Assembly: GCA_964291625.2 (NCBI GenBank)
Contig: OZ220089.1
Span: forward strand, 2,272,001 to 2,336,000
Length of the DNA stretch: 64,000 nucleotides
Reading direction: 5' to 3'
From: Candidatus Latescibacterota bacterium
GTDB taxonomy: Bacteria > Latescibacterota > UBA2968 > UBA8231
Part shown: positions 47,090-57,948 of the stretch, in pieces
How the letters are laid out: every line of letters begins with the position of its first letter
Position numbering within the stretch: the stretch's first letter is position 1
Made by a program: the position numbers and the translations under genes
Notes under the pieces: model-generated
What the model was told of the DNA's origin: nothing
The model's database searches: none
Seen by the model: the letters and a program-made list of their open reading frames with translations, nothing else

Positions 47090-47231
47090 AGGCCATCGGC
47101 CGGTGAGGCTCGGGGTAGAGAAAGGGCAGCCACGAATCCCAGCACGGGCTGCCCTCTTGGATAACCAGGGGGTTATGGACTTTAGGTAAGGAAACCTACC
47201 TAAGCCGAAACCAGCATGTTGCGCTGATAAG

Positions 47232-47307
47232 TGGTGGAGCTGAGGGGAATCGAACCCCTGACCTCCTGAATGCCATTCAGGCGCTCTCCCAACTGAGCTA
47301 CAGCCCC
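47232..47307 (-). tRNA. tRNA-Ala (GGC)
   Basis: GGGGCTGTAGCTCAGTTGGGAGAGCG-CCTGA-ATGGCAT-TCAGG-AGGTCAGGGGTTCGATTCCCCT-CAGCTCCACCA; G3:U70 pair, encoded CCA. Confidence 0.97.
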
Positions 47308-47376
47308 CCAGGAAGGCCTCAGAACGTAACCCCCGGCCGTCATATCGTCAACGGCCGCAGGCACCTGCGCCAACCG

Positions 47377-47949
47377 CTAGGGCTTGAGGGTGATCCCCAC
47401 GCCCAAGTCGGAGTCGTACTCGTCGCGCTCGCTGGAGCTGGGTCCGAGGGACAGGCTGGTGAGGACCAGCCGGACCTCGCTGGAGGCGTCGTACCCGGAG
47501 GCGGTGCGGACCCGCATCGTCGCCAGGATCTGGCTGCCGCTGACCGAGGTGGTCAGGCTGGCTCCCAGGACCCGCACTTCGGCGCCGCTCACCACCAGTC
47601 CGTTGGGGGCTGGCGTGACGAAGGGCGTCTCCAGGGTGGCCTCGGCGTTCTCCAGGTCGAAGGCGGCCGCAGGCTCGGCCTCCAGCTTGATGTCGAACTG
47701 ACGCAGCTGGTCGGCGCCGTCGACCTCGAAGATGAGGCTGATCTCCTGCCCGGCCCCGGTGATGTCGAGACCGTCGCCGACGATGCGGAAACGCTCGGCG
47801 AAGGAGCCGGACAGGTCGGCCAGCTGGCGCAGGCCCCCCTCGTCCACCGGGGCGACGACCCCGTCGGTGCCGGGAGGATTGACCACCGAGTCCGACTCAG
47901 CGCAGGCGGACAGGCCGGCGAGGGATGCGAGGGCGATGCGAAGCAGCAT
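47377..47949 (-). CDS. hypothetical lipoprotein (beta-sandwich/cohesin-like)
   Basis: AAGGAG RBS; MLLRIALASLAGLSAC lipobox; acidic beta-rich body. Confidence 0.65.
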   Translation of the reverse strand: MLLRIALASLAGLSACAESDSVVNPPGTDGVVAPVDEGGLRQLADLSGSFAERFRIVGDGLDITGAGQEISLIFEVDGADQLRQFDIKLEAEPAAAFDLENAEATLETPFVTPAPNGLVVSGAEVRVLGASLTTSVSGSQILATMRVRTASGYDASSEVRLVLTSLSLGPSSSERDEYDSDLGVGITLKP

Positions 47950-48017
47950 GGGGGACTCCTTTCCTGGTCCAGCGTCCTGGAGAGAGAAGATCGCCCGCCC
48001 CCGCCCACTCCGCAAAG

Positions 48018-48803
48018 TCAGCGGCAGGCCCTGCCGGCCGACCACGAAGGCGTGGCACCGAGCTGGTGGTGGGACCGCAGGTGCACCCCCATGCGCAGGC
48101 TGCGCGCCCCGGCCTCCACCCCCAGGCCGTACTGGCGCGGACGGTCGAGCCCGTCGAGGGTCATCGCCGCCGGCCCCCCGAGGGGCAGGGACAGGCGCAT
48201 CTCGGGCCGCAGGGCCGGCCCCCGCCAGGCAACCCCGAGGGAGAGGGTTGCTTCCGGCCCTTCGCGGCGCAGCCGCACGGAACCCCTCCGCTCCAGCAGG
48301 CCCCCCGCGCCGCCCTGCCACCACCCCTCCACCTGCCATCGGCGGAGGAGATCCGCGCGCGCCCCCAGGATCGGCACCCGCCCACGCCAGACCGGCTGAC
48401 CGCTCCACTGCAGGCGCGCCTCCAGCAGGGCGGCGCCGAGATCCAGCCCCCCTGTCAGCGAGACCGCGACCGCAGCCAGCACCGCCTGCTCCCGGTGCCG
48501 CGGGGGCCCGCGCACCGCCAGCCCGAACCCTCCCCGCAACATGCCGAGGCGGGGCGCCGCCAGCAGCAGGTGCTGCCCCGCCAGCTCGTGCAGCCCGAAG
48601 GGCCGGTCGTGGACGAGATGGCCGCAGAGGGAGGCGGTGACCGACGCGAGGCGGGCGGGGTTGGCGCCCAGCCGGTCCGGCGCCGGCAGCGGGTCGGCGA
48701 AGGGTCCCCGCTCGAAGGCGGCGACGGCCGCTCCCGCGGTGGCGAGCAGCAGCAGGGCGGCGACCAGCGGAAGCCGGGTGGAGGTGCCAGGGCGGGAGTC
48801 CAC
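48018..48803 (-). CDS. hypothetical exported protein, possibly small outer-membrane beta-barrel
   Basis: Signal peptide (LVAALLLLATAGAAVAA), NPARLA, RPFGLHEL, amphipathic strands. Confidence 0.5.
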   Translation of the reverse strand: MDSRPGTSTRLPLVAALLLLATAGAAVAAFERGPFADPLPAPDRLGANPARLASVTASLCGHLVHDRPFGLHELAGQHLLLAAPRLGMLRGGFGLAVRGPPRHREQAVLAAVAVSLTGGLDLGAALLEARLQWSGQPVWRGRVPILGARADLLRRWQVEGWWQGGAGGLLERRGSVRLRREGPEATLSLGVAWRGPALRPEMRLSLPLGGPAAMTLDGLDRPRQYGLGVEAGARSLRMGVHLRSHHQLGATPSWSAGRACR

Positions 48804-48917
48804 GGGAAAGACAACGCAACTCCGGGACCACCGATGGTCCCCGGGGCTTCTGGGCGGCCCCCGGGGCGATGGATGTCACCCGGGGCACACGGCCCCGGGT
48901 TCCCTGGTGGCACGCCC

Positions 48918-49676
48918 TCAGGCCGGGACGGCCCTCCGGACGGTCCAGCGGTCCTCGTACTCGCCGCGGCGGAAGCGCTCCAGGTCCAGGCCGCCGGGCA
49001 CGTAGTGCCAGGCCGTGGAGTAGCGGGTGCGGGCCGGGTCCTCGTTGTCGGCGGTGCCGTGCAGGAGGTTGGCCGAGAACAGGACCACCGTCCCCGGCGC
49101 GACGGCCACGTCCACGGCGCGGGACTCCTCGACCTGGGTCCAGGACCCGTGCATGCCCTGCTCCCGCTGGTGGTCGACGATCACCCCGTCGTGGTGGCTG
49201 CCGGGGACGACCCGCAGGCAGCCGTTGCGGCGGTCGGCCTCCTGCAGGTAGACGCCGCAGGACAGGATCCGCCGCGAGTTGGTGCCGAAGTAGAAGTTGT
49301 CCTGGTGCCAGTGCGTGGACGTGCCGCCGCCCGGAAGCTTGGGGAAGAACTTGGTGCCGAAGACGTCCACTTCCTCGCAGCCGAGCAGCTCCGCCGCCCT
49401 GTCGACGATGGCGGGCTCCCGGGCGAGGTCCAGGATCCTGGAGTCGACGACGCACACGCCCTGCACCTTGTGCAGCAGCCCGGGCACAGGCTGGCCGTCG
49501 GCGCCGAGTTCGAGGCTGAAGTGTCCCTCCGGCTCGCTCAGAGCGCGGCCTCGTTCGACCAGCTCGTCGAGGGCCGACAGGTAGTGGGCGAGGCGGGCGC
49601 CCCCCAGCACGCCCTCGAAGACCAGGTACCCGCGGTCGTCAAACTCCTGCCTATGCGCATCGGTGAGCATCGGCAT
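48918..49676 (-). CDS. PhyH family Fe(II)/2OG dioxygenase
   Basis: FDDRGYL, KFFPK, WHQDN, NGCLRVVPGSH, LLHG..N..R. Confidence 0.9.
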   Translation of the reverse strand: MPMLTDAHRQEFDDRGYLVFEGVLGGARLAHYLSALDELVERGRALSEPEGHFSLELGADGQPVPGLLHKVQGVCVVDSRILDLAREPAIVDRAAELLGCEEVDVFGTKFFPKLPGGGTSTHWHQDNFYFGTNSRRILSCGVYLQEADRRNGCLRVVPGSHHDGVIVDHQREQGMHGSWTQVEESRAVDVAVAPGTVVLFSANLLHGTADNEDPARTRYSTAWHYVPGGLDLERFRRGEYEDRWTVRRAVPA

Positions 49677-49690
49677 CTTTCCCTCCTTTC

Positions 49691-50248
49691 CTATGGACCC
49701 CATCGGATGGTCAGCCGGACCCCGGACGACTCCAGGTTCCCGGCGTCGAGGTCGAAGTCCTCCAGATGGGCGTCGACGTAGGCGTCCACGGCGGACAAGG
49801 TAGCGGTCAAGAGATAGAGCAGGACCCGCGTGTTGCGCCGGGCCGCGCGGTCTTCGTGCTCCTGCGGCGTCGGTGCGTCGGCCACGCGGGAGCTCTCGAC
49901 CACGGCGGACGTCAACCAGCCGGCGCCGGCGCCGGCGAAGAGCAACGCCTTCACCCAGTGCCCGCCGGCGGCCTGGCCCCATCCCGGCAGGACAGCGGAG
50001 CGCACCAGGGCTGCCCGAGGGGACAGCCGCCCGCCCGCCTGCACCGGGTCGGCCACCGCTGGCTCCGCGGGTCCGGATGGCTGGGTCAGGCGGGGCAACG
50101 GGGGATCCTCGGTCCGCCCCGCGGAATCGGCCTCGACCTGCACGCTGGGTGCGGACTCCGGGGCAGCCGCTGCCGGGCCCGTGACCAGCACGACCAGCAG
50201 GCCGGCGAGCCCCCAGGCCCCGGGCTCAGCCCTGGTCACCGCTCTCAC
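49691..50248 (-). CDS. DUF5683-like protein
   Basis: SPRAALVRSAVLPGWGQ and VDAYVDAHL motifs. Confidence 0.75.
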   Translation of the reverse strand: MRAVTRAEPGAWGLAGLLVVLVTGPAAAAPESAPSVQVEADSAGRTEDPPLPRLTQPSGPAEPAVADPVQAGGRLSPRAALVRSAVLPGWGQAAGGHWVKALLFAGAGAGWLTSAVVESSRVADAPTPQEHEDRAARRNTRVLLYLLTATLSAVDAYVDAHLEDFDLDAGNLESSGVRLTIRWGP

Positions 50249-51179
50249 CGCCTAGGCGGTCCCCCGGACGCAACGGATAGCCCCGGGCAAAGGCCCCGCC
50301 CGACATCCGCTCTCGGCCGGCCGGCTGCACCTCGCCGAGACGCACGGCCCCGTCGGCGCAGGCCACGACCACTCCGTCCTCCGAGCCGCAGCGGAGCACC
50401 TCGCCCGGGCCCGCCGCTCGGGCGGCCGGCTCCACCCGCTCGACCCGATGCACCTTGAGCACGCCTCCCGCCCACTCGGTGAAGGCACCCGGCCACGGGT
50501 TGGCGCCGCGCACCCGGTTGCGCACCCGCTCGGCCGGCCAGCTCCAGTCGATGCGGCCGTCCTCGCGCGTCAGCTTCGGGGCCCGCGACACCCCCTCTTG
50601 CGGCTGGGGCCTCGGGCGCAGGCTGCCGTCCTCCATCCCGTCGAGGGACCGGATCAGCAGCCGGGCGCCGTCCTCGGCCAGCCGCGCCTCCAGCTCTCCG
50701 GCGGTCTCGTCGCCGCCGACGGTCACCTTCTCCTGGAGCAGGATGTCGCCCGCATCGACCCGCCGGTTCAGCAGAAAGGTGGTGACCCCCGTCTCGGTGC
50801 ACCCGTCGAACAGGGCCCACACGATGGGCGCCGCCCCCCGGTAGGCGGGCAGCAGGGACGGGTGCACGTTGACCGAGCCCAGGCGGGGCACGCGGAGCAG
50901 ACGCTCCGGAAGGATGGAGTAGGCGACCACCCCGAGGGCGTCCGGGGCCAGGGCCTTCAGCTGCTCTGCCAGGGCCGGGTCGCGCGGGGAATCGGGCTGG
51001 AGGACGGGGAGGCCGAGAGCGGCGGCGGCGGCCTTGACCGGCGGGGGCCGGAGCTGGCGGCCGCGGCCGGCGGCGCGGTCGGGATTGGTGACCACGGCGG
51101 CCACCTCGTGCCGGCTGGCGGCGAGGCGGCGCAGGGAGGGTACCGCGAAGTCGGGGTTGCCGAGGAGGACGACCTTCAG
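50226..51179 (-). CDS. fmt: methionyl-tRNA formyltransferase (apparent CTG start)
   Basis: LKVVLLGNPDFAVPSL, VVTNPDR, NVHPSLLPAYRGAAP, DAGD, APKL..IDW; conserved N-terminus begins at CTG 51179. Confidence 0.93.
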   Translation of the reverse strand: MKVVLLGNPDFAVPSLRRLAASRHEVAAVVTNPDRAAGRGRQLRPPPVKAAAAALGLPVLQPDSPRDPALAEQLKALAPDALGVVAYSILPERLLRVPRLGSVNVHPSLLPAYRGAAPIVWALFDGCTETGVTTFLLNRRVDAGDILLQEKVTVGGDETAGELEARLAEDGARLLIRSLDGMEDGSLRPRPQPQEGVSRAPKLTREDGRIDWSWPAERVRNRVRGANPWPGAFTEWAGGVLKVHRVERVEPAARAAGPGEVLRCGSEDGVVVACADGAVRLGEVQPAGRERMSGGAFARGYPLRPGDRLGGESGDQG

Positions 51180-51514
51180 GACTTGGACTCGCCCTCGTCG
51201 CGGACTCGCGACACGGCGGAGCGGGACATCTCGACGCGGACGTTCTCGGCGATCTTCACCGTGATCACCTCGTCCTTCAGGTTGAGGATCACCCCGTGGA
51301 GGCCGCCGCTGGTGACGATCTTGTCCCCCTTCTTCAACTCGGAGATCATCTTCTGCTGCGACTTCTGCTTCTTGATCTGCGGCCTCAGGATCAGGAAGTA
51401 GAGGACGACGAACATCAGGACGTACGGCAGGATGACCAGGGGCGTGCCGCCCTGGCCTTCGCCGCCGCCGCCCATGGCGTGGGCGGGCTCCGCAAGGAGG
51501 AAGAGCAGGGTCAC
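51176..51514 (-). CDS. yajC: preprotein translocase subunit YajC
   Basis: YFLILRPQIKKQK, LKKGDKIVTSGGLHG; follows tgt. Confidence 0.93.
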   Translation of the reverse strand: MTLLFLLAEPAHAMGGGGEGQGGTPLVILPYVLMFVVLYFLILRPQIKKQKSQQKMISELKKGDKIVTSGGLHGVILNLKDEVITVKIAENVRVEMSRSAVSRVRDEGESKS

Positions 51515-51560
51515 ATCGGGCCTTTCGTGAGGGAGGATCGACCCGGAAAAATAGGCGCTC

Positions 51561-54262
<2,702 letters not shown>

Positions 54263-54277
54263 GGGTCTTCCCTCCTG

Positions 54278-55036
54278 CTACTGCGCGAACTCGCCCCGCA
54301 ACTCGGTGAGGGTGCGTTCGGAGGACGGCTCGCGAAAGTCCTGCCAGCGACGGATGGACCAGGTGGGATTCTCGTCGCTCGTCGTCACCAGGTCGATCTG
54401 CATGCGCCCTCGCACCTCGAAGATGCGCGCCTCCTGCTCGTCGCCGGGCTGGGTGGTGAAGTCGATGATGTACGGGAAAATATACGTCTCCAGCCGGGGA
54501 TCGTCCGGGTACAGCCTCTGCTCGTCCTCCTTCGCATCGAACCAGCGGCTGATGTTGATGCGCTGGAAGTTGCTGCGGTCGAGTAGATTGAAGGCGAAGC
54601 GGCGCTCGTCCTCGCGGGTCCACAGGGTGTCGGTGTCGGGGGGGTCGGGATGGTACCCGGGGGGCAGGTCGAAGACCTCCCCGAAGGGCTCCACCCCGGC
54701 GAGCTCGGGCGCGAAGAGGAAGTCCTCCGAGAGCTGGTCCATGTACTGGGTGGGGCTGAAGCCCTCGATGGAGTCTTCGAGGTTGAAGACGACCGCCTCC
54801 GACATGGTCGGGTCCCGAAGAAAGAGGAGGTCGCCGCTCGGACACTCCGGCAGGCGCGTCGACAACGGGCTCGACACACCGGAGTCGGCCTCGATGGCGG
54901 CGTCCCTGCACCGCGGGAAGGCGGTGAGATCCGTGTCCTTCGCGCAACGGCACTCGACCTCCGTGCCCTCCTCGAGTCCGCAGGCGGCCAGGAGCCACAG
55001 GGCCGGGGGCAGCAGGTAGCGAAGCCTGGAACTCAT
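54278..55036 (-). CDS. hypothetical lipoprotein (NTF2/SnoaL-like), paralog of 53600-54262
   Basis: Lipobox LAAC, NLEDSI..Y..LSEDFLF, WTREDE, WSIRRWQD; ATGA overlap. Confidence 0.75.
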   Translation of the reverse strand: MSSRLRYLLPPALWLLAACGLEEGTEVECRCAKDTDLTAFPRCRDAAIEADSGVSSPLSTRLPECPSGDLLFLRDPTMSEAVVFNLEDSIEGFSPTQYMDQLSEDFLFAPELAGVEPFGEVFDLPPGYHPDPPDTDTLWTREDERRFAFNLLDRSNFQRINISRWFDAKEDEQRLYPDDPRLETYIFPYIIDFTTQPGDEQEARIFEVRGRMQIDLVTTSDENPTWSIRRWQDFREPSSERTLTELRGEFAQ

Positions 55037-56076
55037 CCCGCCATCTCGGAGAGCGGCACCAGGGTGAAGCACAGGACCAGGAGGACGAAGCACAGGACCG
55101 CGATCGCCCGGCGGCGGCCGTCCAGGGGGATCGCGGCATGGTACGGAGGCGGGTGGCGGCGGCCGACGAGGGCCAGCAGCAGGGCGATCAGCAGCCACCC
55201 GGGCCACCCCCGCGGCAGGTCCCAGAGGACCGACATCACCCCGTAGAGGCCCATGGCCAGCAGGGTGGCGAAACACAGCCGGCTGACGGCGTGATGGCGG
55301 TCGCCGAGGAGGGCATAGGCGATGTGTCCGCCGTCGAGCTGGCCCACGGGCAGCAGGTTGAAGGCGGTGATCACCAGGCCCACCCACCCGGCGAAGGCGA
55401 CCGGGCTCAGGAGGACGATGCTGTCGTCGGCGGCGGGAAGCAGCCACGCCGAGAGCCCCTCGAACAACAGCGGCGAGCCCAGTTGCAGGACCCCGGGCCG
55501 CATGCTCTCCGGCAGCTCCAGCAAGTAGCCGGGCTCCACCACCTTGGACATGGGCAGCCCAACCAGGCAGGCGGCGACGGCCACAACCAGACCCGCCAGC
55601 GGGCCCGAGGCGCCGATGTCGAGAAGGGCGCGCTTGTGCGGGATCGGCGAGCGGATGCGGATCACGGCGCCGAGGGTGCCCAGCGGGGACAGGTAGGGCA
55701 GGGGGATGAAGTAGGGCAGGGAGGCCTTCACCCCCCACCTGCGGGCGGCGAAGTAGTGGCCGAACTCGTGCACCGTCAGAATGCCGAGGAGGGTGGCCGC
55801 GAAGGGCCAGCCCTCCACGAGGTGAACGAGCTGGCCGAGCTCCATCAGGGGGTCGACGCCCTGCTGCATGGCGCCGGCCACCATCATGGAGAACAGGGTC
55901 ATCAGGAACAGCAGCAGGTGGGTGGAGGGCCGCGGCGCCGTGGACGGCGGCGGGCGTCGGGCCTCGGACCAGGCCCCCTCGACTCCATACCTGGGTGAGT
56001 ACGGAGAGGATCCGTCCCAGTCCTCGAGGGGCTCCGTCGGGCGGAGCGGCATCCGTTGCCTCCGCCACCACTTCAT
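55033..56076 (-). CDS. site-2 protease (M50 family)
   Basis: HEFGH, PYFIP, GTLGAVI, DIGASGP, NLLPVGQLDGGH. Confidence 0.92.
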   Translation of the reverse strand: MKWWRRQRMPLRPTEPLEDWDGSSPYSPRYGVEGAWSEARRPPPSTAPRPSTHLLLFLMTLFSMMVAGAMQQGVDPLMELGQLVHLVEGWPFAATLLGILTVHEFGHYFAARRWGVKASLPYFIPLPYLSPLGTLGAVIRIRSPIPHKRALLDIGASGPLAGLVVAVAACLVGLPMSKVVEPGYLLELPESMRPGVLQLGSPLLFEGLSAWLLPAADDSIVLLSPVAFAGWVGLVITAFNLLPVGQLDGGHIAYALLGDRHHAVSRLCFATLLAMGLYGVMSVLWDLPRGWPGWLLIALLLALVGRRHPPPYHAAIPLDGRRRAIAVLCFVLLVLCFTLVPLSEMAG

Positions 56077-56077
56077 C

Positions 56078-56998
56078 TCAGGCCCCCCGCATGACCAGAC
56101 TCACCCGGTGGCCGGCACCGAGTCCGTCCCCGAAGGGCAGGAAGGCGTAGTCCAGCTGCCAGGGGCGGGCCGTCAGGCCCAGCCCGAAGGCCGGACTCCC
56201 GGAGGCGGGAGTGCCGTACCCGGTGCGCACCACCAGGCGCGGCGACAGACGCCACTCCGCCCCCAGGTGCAGGCTCGGGCCGGTGCCCCGGCTCGCGCCC
56301 ACGTCGGCGGCGGCGGTCAGGGCGCCCCGCGCCAGGACCGCGCCGAGGCGGGCCTGCAAGGGCAGCTCGGTGGCCTCCCGGTCGAGGGCGTTCATCCGCC
56401 CCAGGTTGCGCACCGCCGCCCCGAGCCTCCAGGGGCCGCTCCCGTAGAGCAGCCCCAGGTCGGCGGCCAGTCCCGCGGAAGCCTCCACGTCGATCGACTG
56501 GCGCACCACCTTGGCGCCGATTCCCGTCCGCAGGCGCTCCCCCCAGGGGCGGGACCAGGCGGCGCCCGCCGTCCACTCGTAGAGGCCGAACTCCCCCAGG
56601 GGATCCCGGGTCGGGCCCAGACGGCGCTCCAGCCCTCCCGCATGGGCCAGGCGCACGTCGACAGCCAACACGTCGCCCGCCGCTCCCGTCCACAAGGCCG
56701 CGGCCTGCTCGTGGCGCATGCCGCCGATCCACTCCGTATGGCTGAGCACGGCCGAGGCGCCCGGGGCCAGGGCCGCCGGATTGAGGCTGGCCGCCGACGG
56801 ATCGGCGAGGGCCGTCGCCGCTCCCCCCAGGGCCGCGGACCGGGCCCCGGCGTCCTGGCGCAGGAATCCGAGACCGGTGTCGGCGTCGATGCCGCCGGGC
56901 CTCCAGCAGGCCCAAAGCGCGATCAGGACCGCCGGCAGAACCCGCCGCGGCCGGATGGGTTCCGGCCTTCGCACGGCCCCGGGCGCGCGGACCTTCAT
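56078..56998 (-). CDS. PorV/PorQ family outer-membrane beta-barrel
   Basis: FL..AGARSAALGGA, NPAAL, SHTEWI, ADLG, NLG, LDYAF..LGAGHRVSL. Confidence 0.78.
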   Translation of the reverse strand: MKVRAPGAVRRPEPIRPRRVLPAVLIALWACWRPGGIDADTGLGFLRQDAGARSAALGGAATALADPSAASLNPAALAPGASAVLSHTEWIGGMRHEQAAALWTGAAGDVLAVDVRLAHAGGLERRLGPTRDPLGEFGLYEWTAGAAWSRPWGERLRTGIGAKVVRQSIDVEASAGLAADLGLLYGSGPWRLGAAVRNLGRMNALDREATELPLQARLGAVLARGALTAAADVGASRGTGPSLHLGAEWRLSPRLVVRTGYGTPASGSPAFGLGLTARPWQLDYAFLPFGDGLGAGHRVSLVMRGA

Positions 56999-57948
56999 GG
57001 CAGTCGACCCGCAAGGCTGAAGACGGTGCGGGCGCCGGCGCCGATCTCGTCCGCCACGTACGCGTAGTGAACCTCGAAGGCCTCGACGCGCATGGGCCGG
57101 ACGGTGACACCGAAGGTGGGCCGGCCCACGCCCTCCCCCGCACCGGCGCGGTGCAGTCCTCCGCGCAGGGTCAACAGGTCGCCCAGCCTCCACTCGAGAC
57201 CGAGATGCCCGCGCAGCTCGCGGTCCCCCGCCGGGTCGAGGACCTCCGCCTCCACGGCGGCCATGGCCCCCGGGCGGAGGACGTGCGAGACCCCCACGGA
57301 GAGGGCGGATCGCAGGGCCTCCTCGGTGACGCTGGTCTGGTCGGAGAGCCGCTGCACCTTCCACGACAGCTTGTCGAGCAGGTTGCGCGCCGTTACCCCC
57401 AGGGCGGTCCGGGAGGACAGGCTCCAGCGAACCCCCAGATCGGCGCCGCGGCCGGTGGCCGTCGAGGCGCCGCTCACCGGCACCTCGATGCGATGCCGGA
57501 GGATCTTCAGGCTGGCGCCGATCTGCAGACGCACCGCGGGACGAAGGCCGAGGCCGAAGATCACGGCATCCTCGGCGCTCCCCAGGTCGCCGGTGGCCTC
57601 GCCCGAGCCGCTGCGCCCCCGCAGGCCGCCCACCCCGGCGTGCAGCCAGGCCAGGCCGAAGGCCAGGTCTCCCCTGGGGTTGATGGCCACCGCCAGTCCG
57701 GACCGCGTGCGGTCGAGGGACATGGGCTGGTACGAGGCCAGCATTCCCTTGCCGGTCGAGGTGGCCAGTCCCGCGGGGTTGTAGAGCACGGCGGCGGGCC
57801 CCTCGGCGGAGGCCGCCTGAGCGCCGCCCAGACCGAGGGCCCGGGCGCCGAGGCCGGTCTCGAGATAGGCGCCGCCGAGGCGCCCGGCAGCGGCCGGAGA
57901 CGCCGCCTGCCACACGATCAGGGCCGCGAGGGCGAGGGTGCGCCGCAT
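56995..57948 (-). CDS. PorV/PorQ family outer-membrane beta-barrel
   Basis: Signal peptide, GLGARALGLGGA, YNPAGL, DLG, GLEW..LRGG, YAY. Confidence 0.78.
   Translation of the reverse strand: MRRTLALAALIVWQAASPAAAGRLGGAYLETGLGARALGLGGAQAASAEGPAAVLYNPAGLATSTGKGMLASYQPMSLDRTRSGLAVAINPRGDLAFGLAWLHAGVGGLRGRSGSGEATGDLGSAEDAVIFGLGLRPAVRLQIGASLKILRHRIEVPVSGASTATGRGADLGVRWSLSSRTALGVTARNLLDKLSWKVQRLSDQTSVTEEALRSALSVGVSHVLRPGAMAAVEAEVLDPAGDRELRGHLGLEWRLGDLLTLRGGLHRAGAGEGVGRPTFGVTVRPMRVEAFEVHYAYVADEIGAGARTVFSLAGRLP

Noticed and set aside
47180-47231. Hammerhead ribozyme (GAAAC and CTGATAAG nearby)
   Set aside because: The CUGANGA core is not matched and stems I-III cannot be assembled.
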